Shown here: positions 40,581 through 54,300 of the stretch, in pieces
How the letters are laid out: each line of letters opens with the position of its first letter
How positions within the stretch are numbered: position 1 is the first letter of the stretch
DNA from: Camelus dromedarius
Lineage: Eukaryota
Direction of reading: 5' to 3'
Length of the DNA stretch: 64,000 nucleotides
Assembly: GCF_036321535.1 (NCBI RefSeq)
Contig: NC_087436.1
Span: 121,832,001-121,896,000, forward strand
Notes under the pieces: model-generated
The model's input: only the letters and a program-made list of their open reading frames with translations
Database searches by the model: none
What the model was told of the DNA's origin: nothing
Position numbers and translations under genes: made by a program

Positions 40581-42356
40581 ACAGAAGGCTCTAGATCTTT
40601 ACTCAGCCTACTCCCTCAGTCACTGAGGTAAATGTGAACTAGAGAGAGTTATGATTCCTGAACCTCATTTCACCATGGCAGTGATTTCTACAACACAGGG
40701 AAGGCTGCTTAGTGCACCCTGCGTACCCCAAGATCCAAATCACACCATTGACCACAGGGTATCCTGTATGATGGCCTTTAAACACCACTGACGTCACCTC
40801 CTCCTTGCCACCTCAGCAATGAAACAGGATTTATGTTATTACAAATGCCCCCTACACCGTCCATTTCTCTGACTTTAAAACTGTAAAATCACTGTTTGAA
40901 AATGCACTTTGATCCCTCTCCCAAATAGCTTCCTTTTATAAACCTCTAACAGCATTACAAAAATGGCCCTAAATTTCCATTTGATCCCTCCATGAGTGTA
41001 AATTTTATGTAATTTGATATCCCTACAGCTAATGACACAGGACAATTTCCACTATACAGCAGTTTTGGTGAATAATATATACATGACTTAATTTTGCACA
41101 CTTATTCAAATACAGAATTCTGATGGTATAAGTATTTTTATTTTGTGTAAATACCTAAATGCTTAACTGTTAAAGGATGGGAAAAGCCAAAATTTGAAAA
41201 AGAAGAGTCGCTGGTAATATCAGGTTGTAAAAGTACCATTCACCTCCTTGCTCCATATGTAGTGTTCATTGTAGAAAAGTCTTAAAGCTTGAGGCATGCG
41301 CAAAAAAGGGAAAAAGAAAGTCATCAGAATTTCTAACACAAATTATTTTGACATATACCCTGTCAGACTTTCCTATGCAAGTAGATATACATGCAGATGC
41401 TTTACAAAAATGGGTCCTCATTGCAAACACTTTTCTATTTTATAAGCTTCTTTCTTCACTTAATACACCATGAATTATGAAAATTACATTTTAAAATAGA
41501 AATGCAAAATAGCAAGATGCATTCTCGACGGCCTTCACCTATCAACTTTTCATTTTGGGGCTAACCCTTCACGGTCACGTCAGAGCAGACATCACACACG
41601 GCTGCTAGAGCAGGCTGCGTCCAACACGCACATGGTCACTGCTCCCTGCTCCCCGCCAGTGGAAACGGTGTCACTGACACTGTCCTGCAGCAGAGTCCCT
41701 AACAAAGAAAGACGGCCAGACTCCCGAAACCACTGACCACATACATGCACAGCACTGTGTGCCACTAGGCACAGTGTAAGCTCTTCCAGGCTCTACCTCC
41801 TGCATTCTTACCACGGCCCTAGGCGCTGGGTGCCACGCCACCCAGAAAACTAAGGCTGTGCGAGGTTGTACCTGAGGGCACAGAGCCTATCAAGCTTACA
41901 CCCCCCAAGCTCTGAACACCAGAACTCTGCTGTGGGCCAAAGCCGCTACAAGCTACACTGTGCTTTCCTACATATCCTACGGTCCTCATTTGTTTGTAGA
42001 ACCACCTCTGTGCAGAAACGCCTTCTTTGCCTCAGCAGTCGCCTTGCTGAAGATGCTCCCAGGTCTGATGCTCAGGCTGTGCCCAGCACACTGGGCAGTG
42101 GGGGTAAGACCGCTCCTGAGAATCAAGACAGTCCTTCCACTCTTCTTTCTTAGACACCTTCTCCCTGGTGACTCTACATGAAATGGAGGGAAGGTGCCCC
42201 AAGAATCGTAAGTCTCTCTGGGAAACGCAGGGCCAGTCCCTGTTACTTGTTGACAAACACTGTTCTGTACCAGGTAAAGCATCCCAAAGAACTCACCATC
42301 TGTGGGGAAACAATTCAGAGATTTTAGAATTACATTAAGAATTTTTGTGATTGCTA

Positions 42357-42909
42357 TTTACCATAGCCAAGACATGGAAGCAACCTAAATGTCCACTGAC
42401 AGATGACTGGATAAAGGAGATGTGGATATCTAGATACAATGGAATACTACTCAGCCATAAAAAAGAATAAAATAATGCCATTTGCAGGAACATAGATGGA
42501 CCTAGAGATTATCATACTTACTTCAATGAGTGAAGCAAGTCAGACAAAGAAAGACAAATATTATATGACATCACTTATATGTGGAATCTAAAAAAAAAAA
42601 GACACAAATGAACTTATTTAGAAAACAGAAACATACTCACAGACATAGAAAACAAACTTATGGTTACCAAAGGGGAAAGGAAGGTGGTGAGGGACAAATT
42701 AGGAGTTTGGGATTAGCAGATACAAACTGCTGTATACAAATACAGATAAACAACAAAGTCTTATTGTATAGCACAGAGAAGGATATTCAACAGCATGTGA
42801 TAACTTACAATGAAAAAGAATATATATGTATAACTGAATCACAATGCTGTACCCCAGAATCTAACATAACATTGTTAATCAACTATACTTCAGTTTTAAA
42901 AAAATTTTA
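42357..42909 (+). mobile_element. 5'-truncated L1 with TSD
   Basis: ORF2 end and 3'UTR; TSD aagaa(t/c)ttttgtgattgct on both sides. Confidence 0.9.
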
Positions 42910-44786
42910 AAGAACTTTTGTGATTGCTGTTACCCTGTTACTGTATCTTTAGTGCACTATTATTAAAATACTTGTGAAGAAAATTTAAAACTAAAGACAT
43001 AGCTTTAAACTTTAAAATATAATTTTAAAAAAAGTATGGTTTTAAAGGTGTAGGTCACAACTCAATAGTACATAATAAAATAACTGTACACTACAACCAG
43101 CATTTTGCTAATGAAAATGAAGGGAATAGAAAAGAACAAAAAGCACTGCAGCATCATTTTGTAAAACGCCATGTGTGTGTGCAGGGTGAGCAGGCACTGC
43201 AAATCTTAATGTGTCTCATTTATTATAGTGGGGCCTGGTCAAAAACCTAGATTTATAAGTTTAACAGAATAAGACAGTCCTATCAAAAATAGTACAGGCA
43301 CACGGTTATCTGAGTTTGCAAAGTGCGATTAGAATAATAACTAACAGGTTATTTTAGCTAAATATTGCAAACTAACAGAATTATTAAAGTCTAAAATTAT
43401 GGAATGAAAGGCTAGTGTAAGAATTTTTACTGTACTACCAACATGTCTTTATTTAATCAATAGAAATGGAGATATTTCACATCCAGCTGTAGCAAGTATT
43501 ATCAACATTTTTGTAAAGGATTTGCTTAGGCAGACCTCCTCCCCTCCCCTCCTGGGCAGCAGTAAGCATTGCCTTTAATTGACACTCCAACGATGCAAAT
43601 ACCTAAGTCTCATGCTGGATCCCAAGAACTACACCTGTTTCACTCTCCGGGGCACTGGAAAATGGCAACCTCTGGAAACTCTGAAGTCCAAGGCTGTGAC
43701 CCAGGATCCAAAACAAATCTGACAATATAATCTAAAGAAAGCTCCAACAACTGCACTTATCACCCAGAGAACACTCCAAATACCTTAAGCTACAAGTAAA
43801 ACACATACACATTACTGTACATTCGTAAAATAGTATACGCATTGGAGAGCCAAGCCATATGCAATGATTTATCATCTACTCTCACTTAATACCATTCCAA
43901 CATAACATTTAGAATCTTGCATAAAACAATTTCTCTCAAAATGGCACACAAATAAATACTTCTGAGGAGACTTTTGTTGTTACTGTTGCAAATATCTTTG
44001 AAACAACTTAATTTAACACTTTTAACAACACAACTTTTGAAAAAATCCGTTATCTTTCAGGAGACAACTGAATGAGTGGAAGCGACTGCCAACTGCATAC
44101 CCACGTACGAGGACTTGTCTTGTAAAGTGCTGTGACCAAGAGCAGAATAAAAGTGGCAGCAATCCACAACTGGCGGAGGCAGCGTGTGCTAGCTGCCTTC
44201 ATAAGCAAAACGGGAAAAAATTACTACTCAAACTCCGTTAGTTCAAACCCTGCACATATGCCTGCTTTACCAGACCACCAGTCACCCCTAAGAACTTTTA
44301 ACAAGCAGGGAATGAGGGGCCAGGGCCGCCACCGCGGGAAGACTGTCAGGTACCTTTCAAACGACCATACTGGAGAGGGCCGAGAAAACTTCCAGGAGGC
44401 ACTTTTCAACGATCATTCGCAAGGGCGCGGAGAAGGTGGGCGCCGCGAGGGAACCCCGCTCGCCACCTGACTCACGCTCATCCTGGAATCGCACGGGAGG
44501 GAGCTCAAGGACGAGTTCCGCGCCGGGCGACAGGGCACCAACCCCGGGTCCGTGACAGCGCCGCGCAGGTGGGCCGGCGGCGCCGCGCTCCCCGGGAGAT
44601 GCGGCACCTGGCGCGCGGCAGCCCGGCCCCGGCTCCGTGCGCGGGGCGGCGGCGCCTCCCACCCCCGGCCCGCCGGCCCCGCGGGGGGCTGTCAGGGCGC
44701 GAGCGGACCGCGGCCCCCGCCCTGCGCCCGTTACCGCGCCCTCCGCCCGCCCCTGCCCCCGCCCCCGCCCGCCGCCCGCCGCTTAC

Positions 44787-45020
44787 CTCGAAGTAGCCTC
44801 CGGGGGCGGCGCCGCCCGCGCCCGCGCCCGCGCCGAGGGGCCCGTTGGCCGCCGCCGCGCCGCCCGGGGCCGCCAGGCCCGCGGCCTGGGAGCCGCGCAG
44901 CGCTGCCGCCGGGCCGGCCTTGCCGCCGCCCGCGCCGCCGTTGCCCCCGCTCGAGCCGCCGCCGCCGCCCCGCTTGTTCTTCCGGCGCTTGGCCCCGCGC
45001 TTGGCGTCGGCCGGGCTCAT
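44787..45020 (-). CDS. FAM193A: FAM193A first coding exon (78 codons; basic then Gly/Ala-rich N-terminus)
   Basis: cccgccATG context. Translates MSPADAKRGAKRRKNKRGGGGG...APGGYFE then a consensus donor GAG|gtaagc. The N-terminus is recognised as long-isoform FAM193A, and the position just downstream of RNF4 on the same strand fits known synteny. Confidence 0.9.
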
Positions 45021-45267
45021 GGCGGGCGGGCGGCGGGCGGGTAAGGCGCGGAGCGGGCGCGGGGCCGCGGGCGGCGGCGGAGGGCGGGGAAGGCGGGGAG
45101 GCTGAGGCGGCGGCGGGGCGCTCCGGCCGGCCGCGGGCGGGGGGCGCTGCGCGGGGTCGCCTCCGGGCGGGGAGGGCCGGGCGGGCAGGAGCTGCGGGGC
45201 GGCCGCTGGGTGGGAGCAACGGCGAGTCCACCGGGCCCGGCGCCGCCGCTGACCAGAGTTAGAGTCC

Positions 45268-45277
45268 AATATGGCGG
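45268..45277 (-). promoter_or_regulatory. YY1 motif (CCGCCATATT) near the probable TSS
   Basis: aatatggcgg on + matches AANATGGCGG. It follows a pyrimidine-rich Inr-like stretch on the minus strand. Confidence 0.6.
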
Positions 45278-45630
45278 ACACAAGGGGAAAGGGATCCCAG
45301 TTTACGTCGGGGGAGGGGGAAGGAGCGGCAGGGAGGGGGAGGGGTGTGGGCGCCCTCCCCCCCCGCCTTACTCCGCCCTCCCTTGCGCCGCTCCCCCTCT
45401 GCCGCGCCAGCCCCTCCCGCCGTTAACGTACGCCGGCGCGCAGGGCACGCCGGGACCTGGAGTCTGCACGCCGGCGCCGCCGCTGGAGGCGCCAAGCGTG
45501 GGGACCACGATTCCCTTCAGGCCGCGCGCGTCCGTACGCCCGAACGCCGCGAGGGGCTCGAGTTGGGGAGAAGGATGCGGGGATGATGTCACCCCGCGCT
45601 CGCTCCGCACTTCCCCTCCCGCTGCGCGCG

Positions 45631-45650
45631 GCCTTCTGGGAGTTGTAGTC
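45631..45650 (-). promoter_or_regulatory. ZNF143/THAP11-type ACTACA-SBS motif
   Basis: Minus strand GACTACAACTCCCAGAAGGC matches the ACTACAANTCCCAG promoter consensus. Confidence 0.75.
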
Positions 45651-47059
45651 GGGCGGAGGGGTCCGGCCCGCGCAGAGCCGCGTCGCTCACAGTGCGCGAA
45701 CTACAAGGCTGGCGGCGAGGAGTTCCGCCTCTTTGACAGGCTCCCAGACGCCCACGCGCCTTGCGCCCCTACCGCCGGGTCCGCAGCTCGGCCCGGCCCC
45801 CAGGATGAGCCAGGCGGCCGCCGCGGCTCTGGCCCGCTAGAAGAGGCCCGGTGACCTTGGCCCGGCTCCGGGTTCGAATCCGCCTCCTCCGCTAGCTGGC
45901 TCTGTGACCTTGGGCCTGGCCCCTCGCCCGGGTCCAGGTGACTCCGTGGGACGAGGATGACCCGCCTCGTAGGCTGGGCGGGTTCCGGAGGGCTCTGGGC
46001 CCGGCCGTCGCCGGGTCGGGGTCCGCCCTGGGCGATGGGGCGGCTGCAGGCCGGCACACCTGGCCTGTAGCTTGGAACGCCTGCCCTAGAGGCGCCCTTC
46101 CAAACTCGCTCTCTCCCTGCGGCCCCCTGCAGCCGTCGCCTGGGCTCCTGGTGCCTTGCGACCCTGCAAGGTCCCGGGGGCGTCCAGCCATTTCTCACAA
46201 CCTCTCATTCACCCACCGCGAACCCCGTCAGACCCTCCCAGGCCTTCCAGCGGGGCTGCTGCGCCCGGACCTTCCTCCTTGCTGGGCGCTTTGCCCGTCA
46301 TCAGCAAGCCCCAGGTACAGTTCTGCCCTTAGATCTGGACCACAGGGGTGCCTTGCCTGGGCCCTGCACTCCAGAGGGCCTCACCCATCACATACATTGA
46401 GGCATAAAAGATGTGTTTTCCCGTCTTTGGTTTCATGACTGACTACCGGGCAGAGATGCAGAGGAGATCGGCACTAGGATGTATGGTATGAGCGCCTCTA
46501 TTTGCACTCTTTCCTGGGCCCCACAACCGTTAGCTCTGGGTCTGCCAGGTCTCACTGCCTCACCGTCACTCTTGCCCCCCGCTGCAGCCGCCGCCTTCTA
46601 ATCCTCTGACCCGTTCTTCATGCCGCAAACGGATGAGCGAATATGATCAGATCAACCCTCTGCTTAAAGGCTTTCAGACTCCACGTTGTGTGGGCGGAAT
46701 AAAGACCTGTCACCCCTCCTGGAGGACTTTGAATGACCCTGCTGCTGAAGGTGGAGTTTGAGAGGGTGGGTTGGGATGCCTGTCCTGGCACCCCCCTGGG
46801 TGGGCAGTGTTTTGGGCTGCCTCCCTCCCCACACAGGCTGAGTCAGACACTCCCTGCTCCCGCAGCCCCTGTGCTTTCTCTTGTCAGAGCACATTGTGCT
46901 GGACTGGGATTCTTGGTATTCACCAGTATCCCCAGAAACATGAAGTCAGGGGATAAAACATGGCAGTGTCTACCTCCTGCACCTCTGAACCCCAGCTCCT
47001 GCCAGGCAAGGGCTGGGCGCATACCAGTATTTGCTGGATGGATGAATGACGTAATCATG

Positions 47060-47270
47060 ACCACTTGTCAACCAATTATGCACCAGCCCTCTGCCTGCTG
47101 CTAAATCATCTCATTTAATCCACACAACCATTCTCAAGATAGGCACCAACAGCCAACAGGTGAGAAACTGTACGTTTGTACTTGGTGAGGGCTTTGCCCA
47201 GACTCACCCAGATAGTCAGAGGCAGAGCCCAGATTTCAACTCAAGTGTGGCTGCAGTGAGACTTTTGGGT
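47060..47270 (-). repeat. MIR fragment
   Basis: atctcatttaatccacacaacc...caggtgagaaactg...ggcagagcccagatttcaactc. Confidence 0.6.
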
Positions 47271-47883
47271 TCCAGCAGAGCACATCGTGAATCGATCGGG
47301 AGTTCCTCGGGTGGCTGGAGACAGGGGAACCCTCTCTGAAGAGGTGAGCCAGAGCCAGTCACTGTCAGAGCAAAGAACTTTCAGAAATTCAAGACCCTGG
47401 AGCAGGGGAAAGCTCAGCAAATCCCAGGAACCAACAGCAGCCGTCACAACTGGAGCAAATGGAAGTGGCAGAAGCCACATCCTCCATGTATGTTGGGTTC
47501 TATTCTAAATGCAGCTGGGAGCCCTGGAGGGTTTTGAGTAGGGACTTTCATGGCAGGTTGTACATTTTTGAGAAAACCCTGGCTGTTATGTTGAGAGTGG
47601 ATATCAGGGGAGCAAGATTAGAGGCCGGGACACTTACGACAGCCTCACAGGGTGTGGAGAGGGTGCTCCTAGCAGACAGAATTAGGAAGAAAAGGCATAA
47701 AGCAGTGGTTCCCAACCTTTGCTTTTCATCATCTCCTAAGGAAAAATTAGTAAGAAATTAAGGAGAGAATACTAAGGAATAAGATTTTGTCTGGCAGGGT
47801 TGAACTTTGGAGGGCCACAAACCATTGTAGTATCTACAGGTCTGTTTCTCCCCTTAAGAGTCAATTTTCACCCCCTTGAGGAA

Positions 47884-48421
47884 TGTGTTAGTGTTCTCCA
47901 GAGAAACAGCTCCAATAGGAGATATCTATCTATCTATCTATCTATAGATTTATATAGATAGATAGGTAGATAAAGATATATACCTATTTATTTGAAGGAC
48001 CTGGCTCACACAGTGACGGAAGCTGACACGTCCCAAGACCTGCAGTCAGCAAGCTGGAAACCTCAGAGAGCCCGTGGTGTAGTGCAAGTCCGTGGGCCTG
48101 AGACCCCGGAGGGCTGATGGTGTTGTTCTAGGCCAAAGTCAGCAGGCTTGAGACCCAAGAAGAGCTGTTTCAGTTTGAGTCCAAAGGTAGGAAAAAAATA
48201 ACTGATTCAGCTTGGAGGCACTCAGGCAGCAGTTGTCGTCTTTTTGTTCTATTCAGGCCTTCAACTGCTTGGATGGGGAGGGCAGCCTGCTTCACTCAGT
48301 CCACCGATTCCAGGGCTAATCTCACCCGGAAACACCCTCAGCAGACACATCCAGAGTCATGTTTGACCGAATGTCTGGCCGCCCTATGGCCCAGCCAAGT
48401 TGACCTAAAATAACCGTCACA
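47884..48421 (-). mobile_element. MLT2-type (ERVL) solo LTR
   Basis: tg...gttctccagagaaacag, internal (TATC)n, ggctcacacagtgacggaagctgac...aagttgacctaaaataaccgtcaca. Confidence 0.8.
47922..47980. repeat. (TATC)n/(TAGA)n simple repeat inside the LTR
   Basis: Direct reading. Confidence 0.85.
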
Positions 48422-49199
48422 AGGGAGATTCAGGACTTAGGGCCAGAAAGGTCTTTGTATCCTCGTAACAGTGACGGCAGCTCAGTCTCGCGGGAGCACA
48501 GCCGTCATAGGGAGGGAAGGAGTCAGGCATGGAGATGCCACTCCAAGCACCTCGTGGTCCTGGAAGGCTCTCAGAACCACCTTCAGGGAAGGGTGGCATA
48601 TGCTGGGTGTTTCTGTAAAAGTGAAGTTTTATCACTTTCATGTGCAGTAAATATTAATCAAGATATGAATACGTACTGGTAACAAGGCAATTGTATAAGA
48701 AAAATCAGGTAAGTTCATGATCTCACAATTCATAACCAGTGAGCATTACATAATAATGAACCTAGATAGCCTTTTCTAATTTCTGACTTTGTTAAGTCTG
48801 CAGAAATGACAGTTGGACACCCCTTCTCAAGCCATTTCCATGCCCCAAGCAGCCCCAAGCAAAACTCCAGCAGCGGGCTTCCCCAACCCACGCCACCCTA
48901 GCAGAGCACAGAGAATTCTCTGCAGAAACTACAGTGTGAGAATGGATATGGCCATATTCATGTTTGGGATCCCAAAGAGTCAGGCAGCTGTTCATGTGCA
49001 CCCAAAATTGAAGCCCTCAGGTCAGAAGCTCTGCTCTGTGGAGCTTCTGATCAGCCTCTAAGCATGTCACTTGTAGACATGAAGGAAAAGTCAAGGATCA
49101 CCAGTCATTTAAGAAATGGCTCAAGTGCAGATATAAAAACGTGTGTGTGAAGGGGAGCAGGCAAAGAAGCTGTTAATGGAAGGAATCAAAATATTTCTC

Positions 49200-51105
49200 A
49201 AAAACTGCTAATAGCCTCAGGGACGTTTAAGAAAGGAGTCTTGAAATTAAAAATACAGCCAAAATTGTAAAAGAAATTCAATAGAAGGGTTGCAAGATAA
49301 AGTTAAGGAAATTATTCAGTAAGTAGAACAAAAAGACACAGAAAATCAGAGAGAAATGAGACTTAAAATCTCAGTCCATGAGGTCCAACTACTTTCCAAT
49401 ACGAACTCTAGGGGAAAAAATAGAGGGAAGTAACTTTTGAAAGAAATACAATTTATCAGAAGTAAGGACTTGAATGTCCAGATTGAAAGAGTCCACCAAT
49501 GATGGTGACTGACTGGAGGGAACCAGAGGTAAACAGCCTAAAACATTCAGAGAGAAAAAAGGAAATCACATTTAAAAAAAAAAAAAAAGGCAGGAACACG
49601 AATCTCACTGAGCAATAACGCTCATGACGTTCAGTGCCAAGTAGTGGAGGAGCCCTTTACAATTCTGAAAGAAAATCACATACAAGGTAGAATTGTATAG
49701 TCAGCCAAACTGTCGATCATGTATGGAGACAAAAAAACCCAATTTTGGACATTCAAATTATCTTTTTCAGGTAAACAGACTAACATAGTAACAGAAAACC
49801 CCTAAAATTCCAGTAGATGTATTTCTCACAAAGGCTGTTAAGTCCCCTTCATCTTATAACTGAGGTAGGACTCACCAGGGTCAGGAACTCCGGTGCTCAG
49901 TGCGAAGCCCTTAATGGTGTCCTAAGGGTGGGGAGTGAACCCGCGGTGGACAGAACCCTACCCGCCAGCAACGCAGCCTTCACGTAGTTTAGACCAGATT
50001 AAGGTGAGGAGCACCGGCTCCACTTGCGGGGCAGAGGAAGATATCGTCTGTAGCCTCTGCAATCTTCTATACACAAGTCAGCTTTCAGTTAAAATTTTGT
50101 AGGCAGGTCAAGACACAGGGCCATTTTACAGAAAATAAAAAAGCAGAAGGCTACAAAAGCCCATAGGTGAGTCACATATTGGAGTTAGTAGACAAAGATA
50201 TATTGTAACAGTAGTTAATATGTTTAAGAAAAGAGAAAAAGATGTAAAAAACAGATGAAAGAATGGAGAATTTCACCCAAGAATTGAAATCTATAAGAAG
50301 ATTAACTAGAACTGAAAAATAAAGTAACTGAAATTAAGACTTCAATAAATTAATAGGTGAGACATAGTACATGAAAGGATTAATAATTAGAAGAAAATTC
50401 AATATAAAACAACTAGCACAGAGAGAAAAAAACTGATAAAACAGCGAAGAGAACAGAAAACAGATGACACAGCTCAAAGTTTAAATGCACGCAACTGGTG
50501 TCCCAAAGGCAAGGGGAGAGAAGGCCCCCGAAGCAGATTCTCCAGAACTGATATTTACCCACAGTTCCAGGTCTCTCCATGAAACGGCAAACAGACCACA
50601 CCGAAGGGTAAGCACGTCACTGCCCCGCTGCTGAAAACACAGACAAAGACAAAAAGTCAAAGAAGATTTTCCTGTCTCCAGAGGTACGTGACAGCCGACT
50701 GCAACAGCAATGAAGCTAGGGAGCGATCGAATGACAGAGTAATTAAGGAAAAAACTGCCAACTTCTAATTTTAAAAAATCTTAATGTTTTATTTAACACA
50801 ACATATTCGAAACATCATGACTAAAACATGTAATCAATACACAATTATTAACACTTTTTTTATACTAAGTTTTCAGAATCCTGTGTCCTATTTACACTTC
50901 CAGGCTCTCCACGTTTGGAGTCACTGTGTTCTGAGTACTCAACAGACACGCGACTTACGACAACCATATTAGACAGCAACCTGTATTTTTTTTACTTAGA
51001 AACAAAAATATCATGCAAGAATGAAGGTAAAATAATGGCATTTTCAGATAAACAAAAATAGAATTTATTGCCAGCAGGAATTCACTAAAAGAAATACTAA
51101 AGAAG
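49200..51105 (+). mobile_element. Degenerate L1 ORF1 fragments
   Basis: A-rich ORF1-like motifs (ccagattgaaagagtccacc, aagaatgaaggtaaaataatggcattttcagataaac). Confidence 0.55.
50770..50980. mobile_element. MER33/MER3-like hAT DNA transposon fragment
   Basis: ttttatttaacacaacatatt...acatgtaatcaatac...ccatattagacagc. Confidence 0.6.
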
Positions 51106-51109
51106 GTTC

Positions 51110-51240
51110 TTTGTTTTTTGTTTTGTTTTGTTTTGGGGGGCAGGTAATTTATTTATTTTAAATGGAGGTACTAAGGATTGAACCCAGGACCTCGAGCATG
51201 CTAGGCATGCACTCTACCACTGAGCTGTACCCAACCTCCC
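51110..51240 (-). mobile_element. tRNA-Ala-derived SINE
   Basis: Reverse-complement SINE with a (TTTTG)n tail. Confidence 0.88.
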
Positions 51241-51369
51241 AAAGGAAGTTTTCTGGGCAATAGGAAAATTGCTCCAGATGGAAATGAAGAAAGGAATAAA
51301 GACCAAATGTATATAAATGAAATATATATAAGATTTTATATCTAGATATAGATATGATTATTTTATGCC

Positions 51370-54300
51370 AGCTTTTTTAATTTTTAAAAATTGTGGCAAA
51401 TATATATATATAATGCAGAATTCACCATTTTAATCTTTTTCAAGTGTACAATTCAGTTGGCATTAGCTACATTCACAGTGCTGTCCAGCCATCACCACTA
51501 TCCATTTCCAGAATGTTTCACCATCCCAGATACTCGGTGCCCATCAAACAATACGTCCTTTTCCCTTCTACTCCCAGGCCCCGTTAACCTCTAGTCTACT
51601 TTGTTTCTATGAGTTTGCCTATTGTAGGTACCTCATGTTAAGTGGAATCATACAATATTTGTACTTTGATGTCTAGCTTATTTCACTTCGTGTGTTATCA
51701 GGGTTCACCCATGTGGTAAGTATGTGCCAGAATGTCTTTCCTTCTTCAGGCTGAGTAATAACCCACTGTGTGCATATGCCACGCCATGTCTTATCTGTTC
51801 GTCTGCTGGAAGGCGTTTGGGTTGTTTCTCCCTTCGGCTGTTGTGAACAACGTTGCTATGAACCGTGGTGTACAAGTTACCTGTCTGAGGCCCTGCTTTC
51901 AGTTATTTGGGGTATCTATCTGGAGTGAAATTGCTAGATCATATGGTAATTCTATATAGAACCTTTTGAGGACCCACTAAACTGTCTTCTAGAGCACTTG
52001 GGCGTTTTATATTTCTACCGGCAATGCACAAGTGTTCCAGTTTCTTTCTGCGCGTCCTCGCCAACACGCGCGTCCTGTTGTTGGTAACGGCCCTTTCTAA
52101 GGGGTGTGAAGTGGTGTCTCCCTGTGGTTTTGACACACGTTTCACTCGTGGCTAATCTGCTGTGTCCCCTGCGCGTGCTTATCGGTCACTTGTATATCTT
52201 CTTTGGAAAAACATCTACTTCAGTCCTTTGCCAATTTTTACCTTTTGCAAATATTTTCTCCCATTCCGTAGGTTTTGGGAATTTTTAAGTTGGGCTGTCT
52301 GACTTTTGTTCTTGTTGAGTTATAGGAGCACTTTATATTCTGGTTATTAGTTCCTTATCAGATAGAAGACTTGCAAATATTTTCTCCCATTCTGTAGGTG
52401 GGTTGTCTTTTCATTCTCCTGATAGTGTCCTTTGATGCACAAAAAGTTGTAATTTTAATGAAGTCAAATTTATTTTTCCTTTTGTTGCCCATATTTTTGT
52501 TGTCATATTGAAGAAGCCACTGCCAAATCCAAAGTCATGAATAATCATGTCTGTGTTTTCTTATAAGAATTTTATAGTTGTAGCTCTTAAATTTAGAACT
52601 TTGATCCATTTTTCATTAATTCTTATAAATGGTTGAATTCTTTGGCATATGAATATCCAATTATCCAAGCACCAGTTGTTGGAGAGACCTTTCTTTCTCC
52701 ACTGAATGGTTTTGAAACCTTGTGAAAATCATTTGGCCACAGAAGTGACGGTTTATTTCTGGGCTCTCAATCTTATTCCATTGGTTTGTATGTCTGTCCC
52801 CGTGCCAGCACCACACTTTTGATCCCTGTTCCCTTATGAGAAGTTTTCTAACTGGGAAGTGAGTCGTTTTCAAGGTTGTTTTGGCTGTCCTGGGTCCCTG
52901 GGAATCCCACACGAATTTTAAGATGGGTTTTTCCATTTCTATAGAAATTGCCATTGGGGCTGGAGTCTGGGAGGGACTGCACTGCTTTAGGCAGCACTGC
53001 CATCTTACCAGTGCTAAGTCTTCCAAACCATGAGTATGGGATGCCTGCTTATTTAGGTTTACGTGTTTTGTGGTGACGGTTCTTTCACCAATGTCTCAGT
53101 GTACACATTTTGCGCCTACTTGGTTAAATTTATTCCTAATTTATTCTTTCTGATGCTATTGAAAATGGAATTTTCTTAATTTCCCTTTCAGATTGTTGAT
53201 GGTGTATAGAAATACAACCGATTTGTGAATCTGTACCCTGTAACTGTGAGTGTGCTGTGGATTACCCAGGGGTCACCTGCAGATGCTTCTCCTTGTTTCT
53301 AACTTGGGTATCTTGCCTTTCTTTCTCGCCTGATTGCTCTGGCTAGCGCTTCCAGAACTATGCTGAATGTAAGTGATGAAGGTGAGTGTCTCGTTCCTGA
53401 CCTTGGGGAACAGCTGTGTCCCTCTGCACTGAGCATGTTAACTACAGGCTTTTCATACGTGGCTTCTGTGATGCTGAGGCACTCTTCTTCTATTCCTGGC
53501 CTGCTGAATGCTTTTTTTTTTTTCCATGAAAGGATGCTGGATTTTGTCAAAAGCTTTTTTTGCATCAGTTGAGATGATCATGTGTTTATTTCTACTAATG
53601 TGGTGTACTGATTTTCATAGGTTGAGCCACTCTTGCAGTCCTGAAAAAACACCAGTCACTGTGTAACCCTTTCGACATGCTGCCAAATCCAGGGCGCGAG
53701 CACTTCGTCGAAGATTTTTGCATCTGTATTCACGAGATATTTACTCTGCCGTTTCCTTTTCCTGTAGTGTCTTTGTGTGGCTTCAGTATCAGGACATTAC
53801 TGACTTCACAAAATGAGTTAGAAGTGTTTCCTCTTCCTCTTGAATTTTTTGGAAGAATTTGAAAAAGATTCTTTTTTTTTTTTTTTTTAACACATTTGCT
53901 AGACTCTCTCCATGAAGCCATCTGGTTCCGGGCTTCTCTCCGCTGGGGTTCTGCACAGTTTCAACCTCATTTTTATAGGTCTACTCATACTTTCTATCTG
54001 TCCTGGAGTCGGTTTTGGTTAGTATTTCTAGGAACTTGTCCATCTCATCTGTTGTCTAATTTGCTGACATGCAGGTGTTCACAGTAGTCTTTTATAATTC
54101 TCATTTTTGAGAAGTTCGGTGATGTCCTCTTTGATTGTTTTTCGTAGTTTGAGTCTTCCCTCTTGCTTAGTCAGCCTAGCTGAAGGTCTGTCAATTTTGT
54201 TGACCTCCTCAAAGAAACAACTTCCGGTGTCCTTGGTTTTCTCTATTGTTTTCTAGCCTCAACTTCATCTCTCTGCTTTGTTCTTTATCGCTTCCCTTCT

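Larger units (their letters stand above)
44320..46300. promoter_or_regulatory. FAM193A: CpG island and promoter of FAM193A
   Basis: Extremely GC- and CpG-dense stretch spanning exon 1, with many GC boxes (gggcgg). Confidence 0.92.

Noticed and set aside
44505..45281. 258-aa ORF suggesting an N-terminally extended FAM193A
   Set aside because: It starts at a non-ATG codon in a CpG island where stop codons are rare, and runs through the splice donor into the intron. Only 44787-45020 is supported.
44552..46438. Many long overlapping Pro/Arg/Gly-rich ORFs
   Set aside because: Expected artefact of very high GC content; no recognisable protein.
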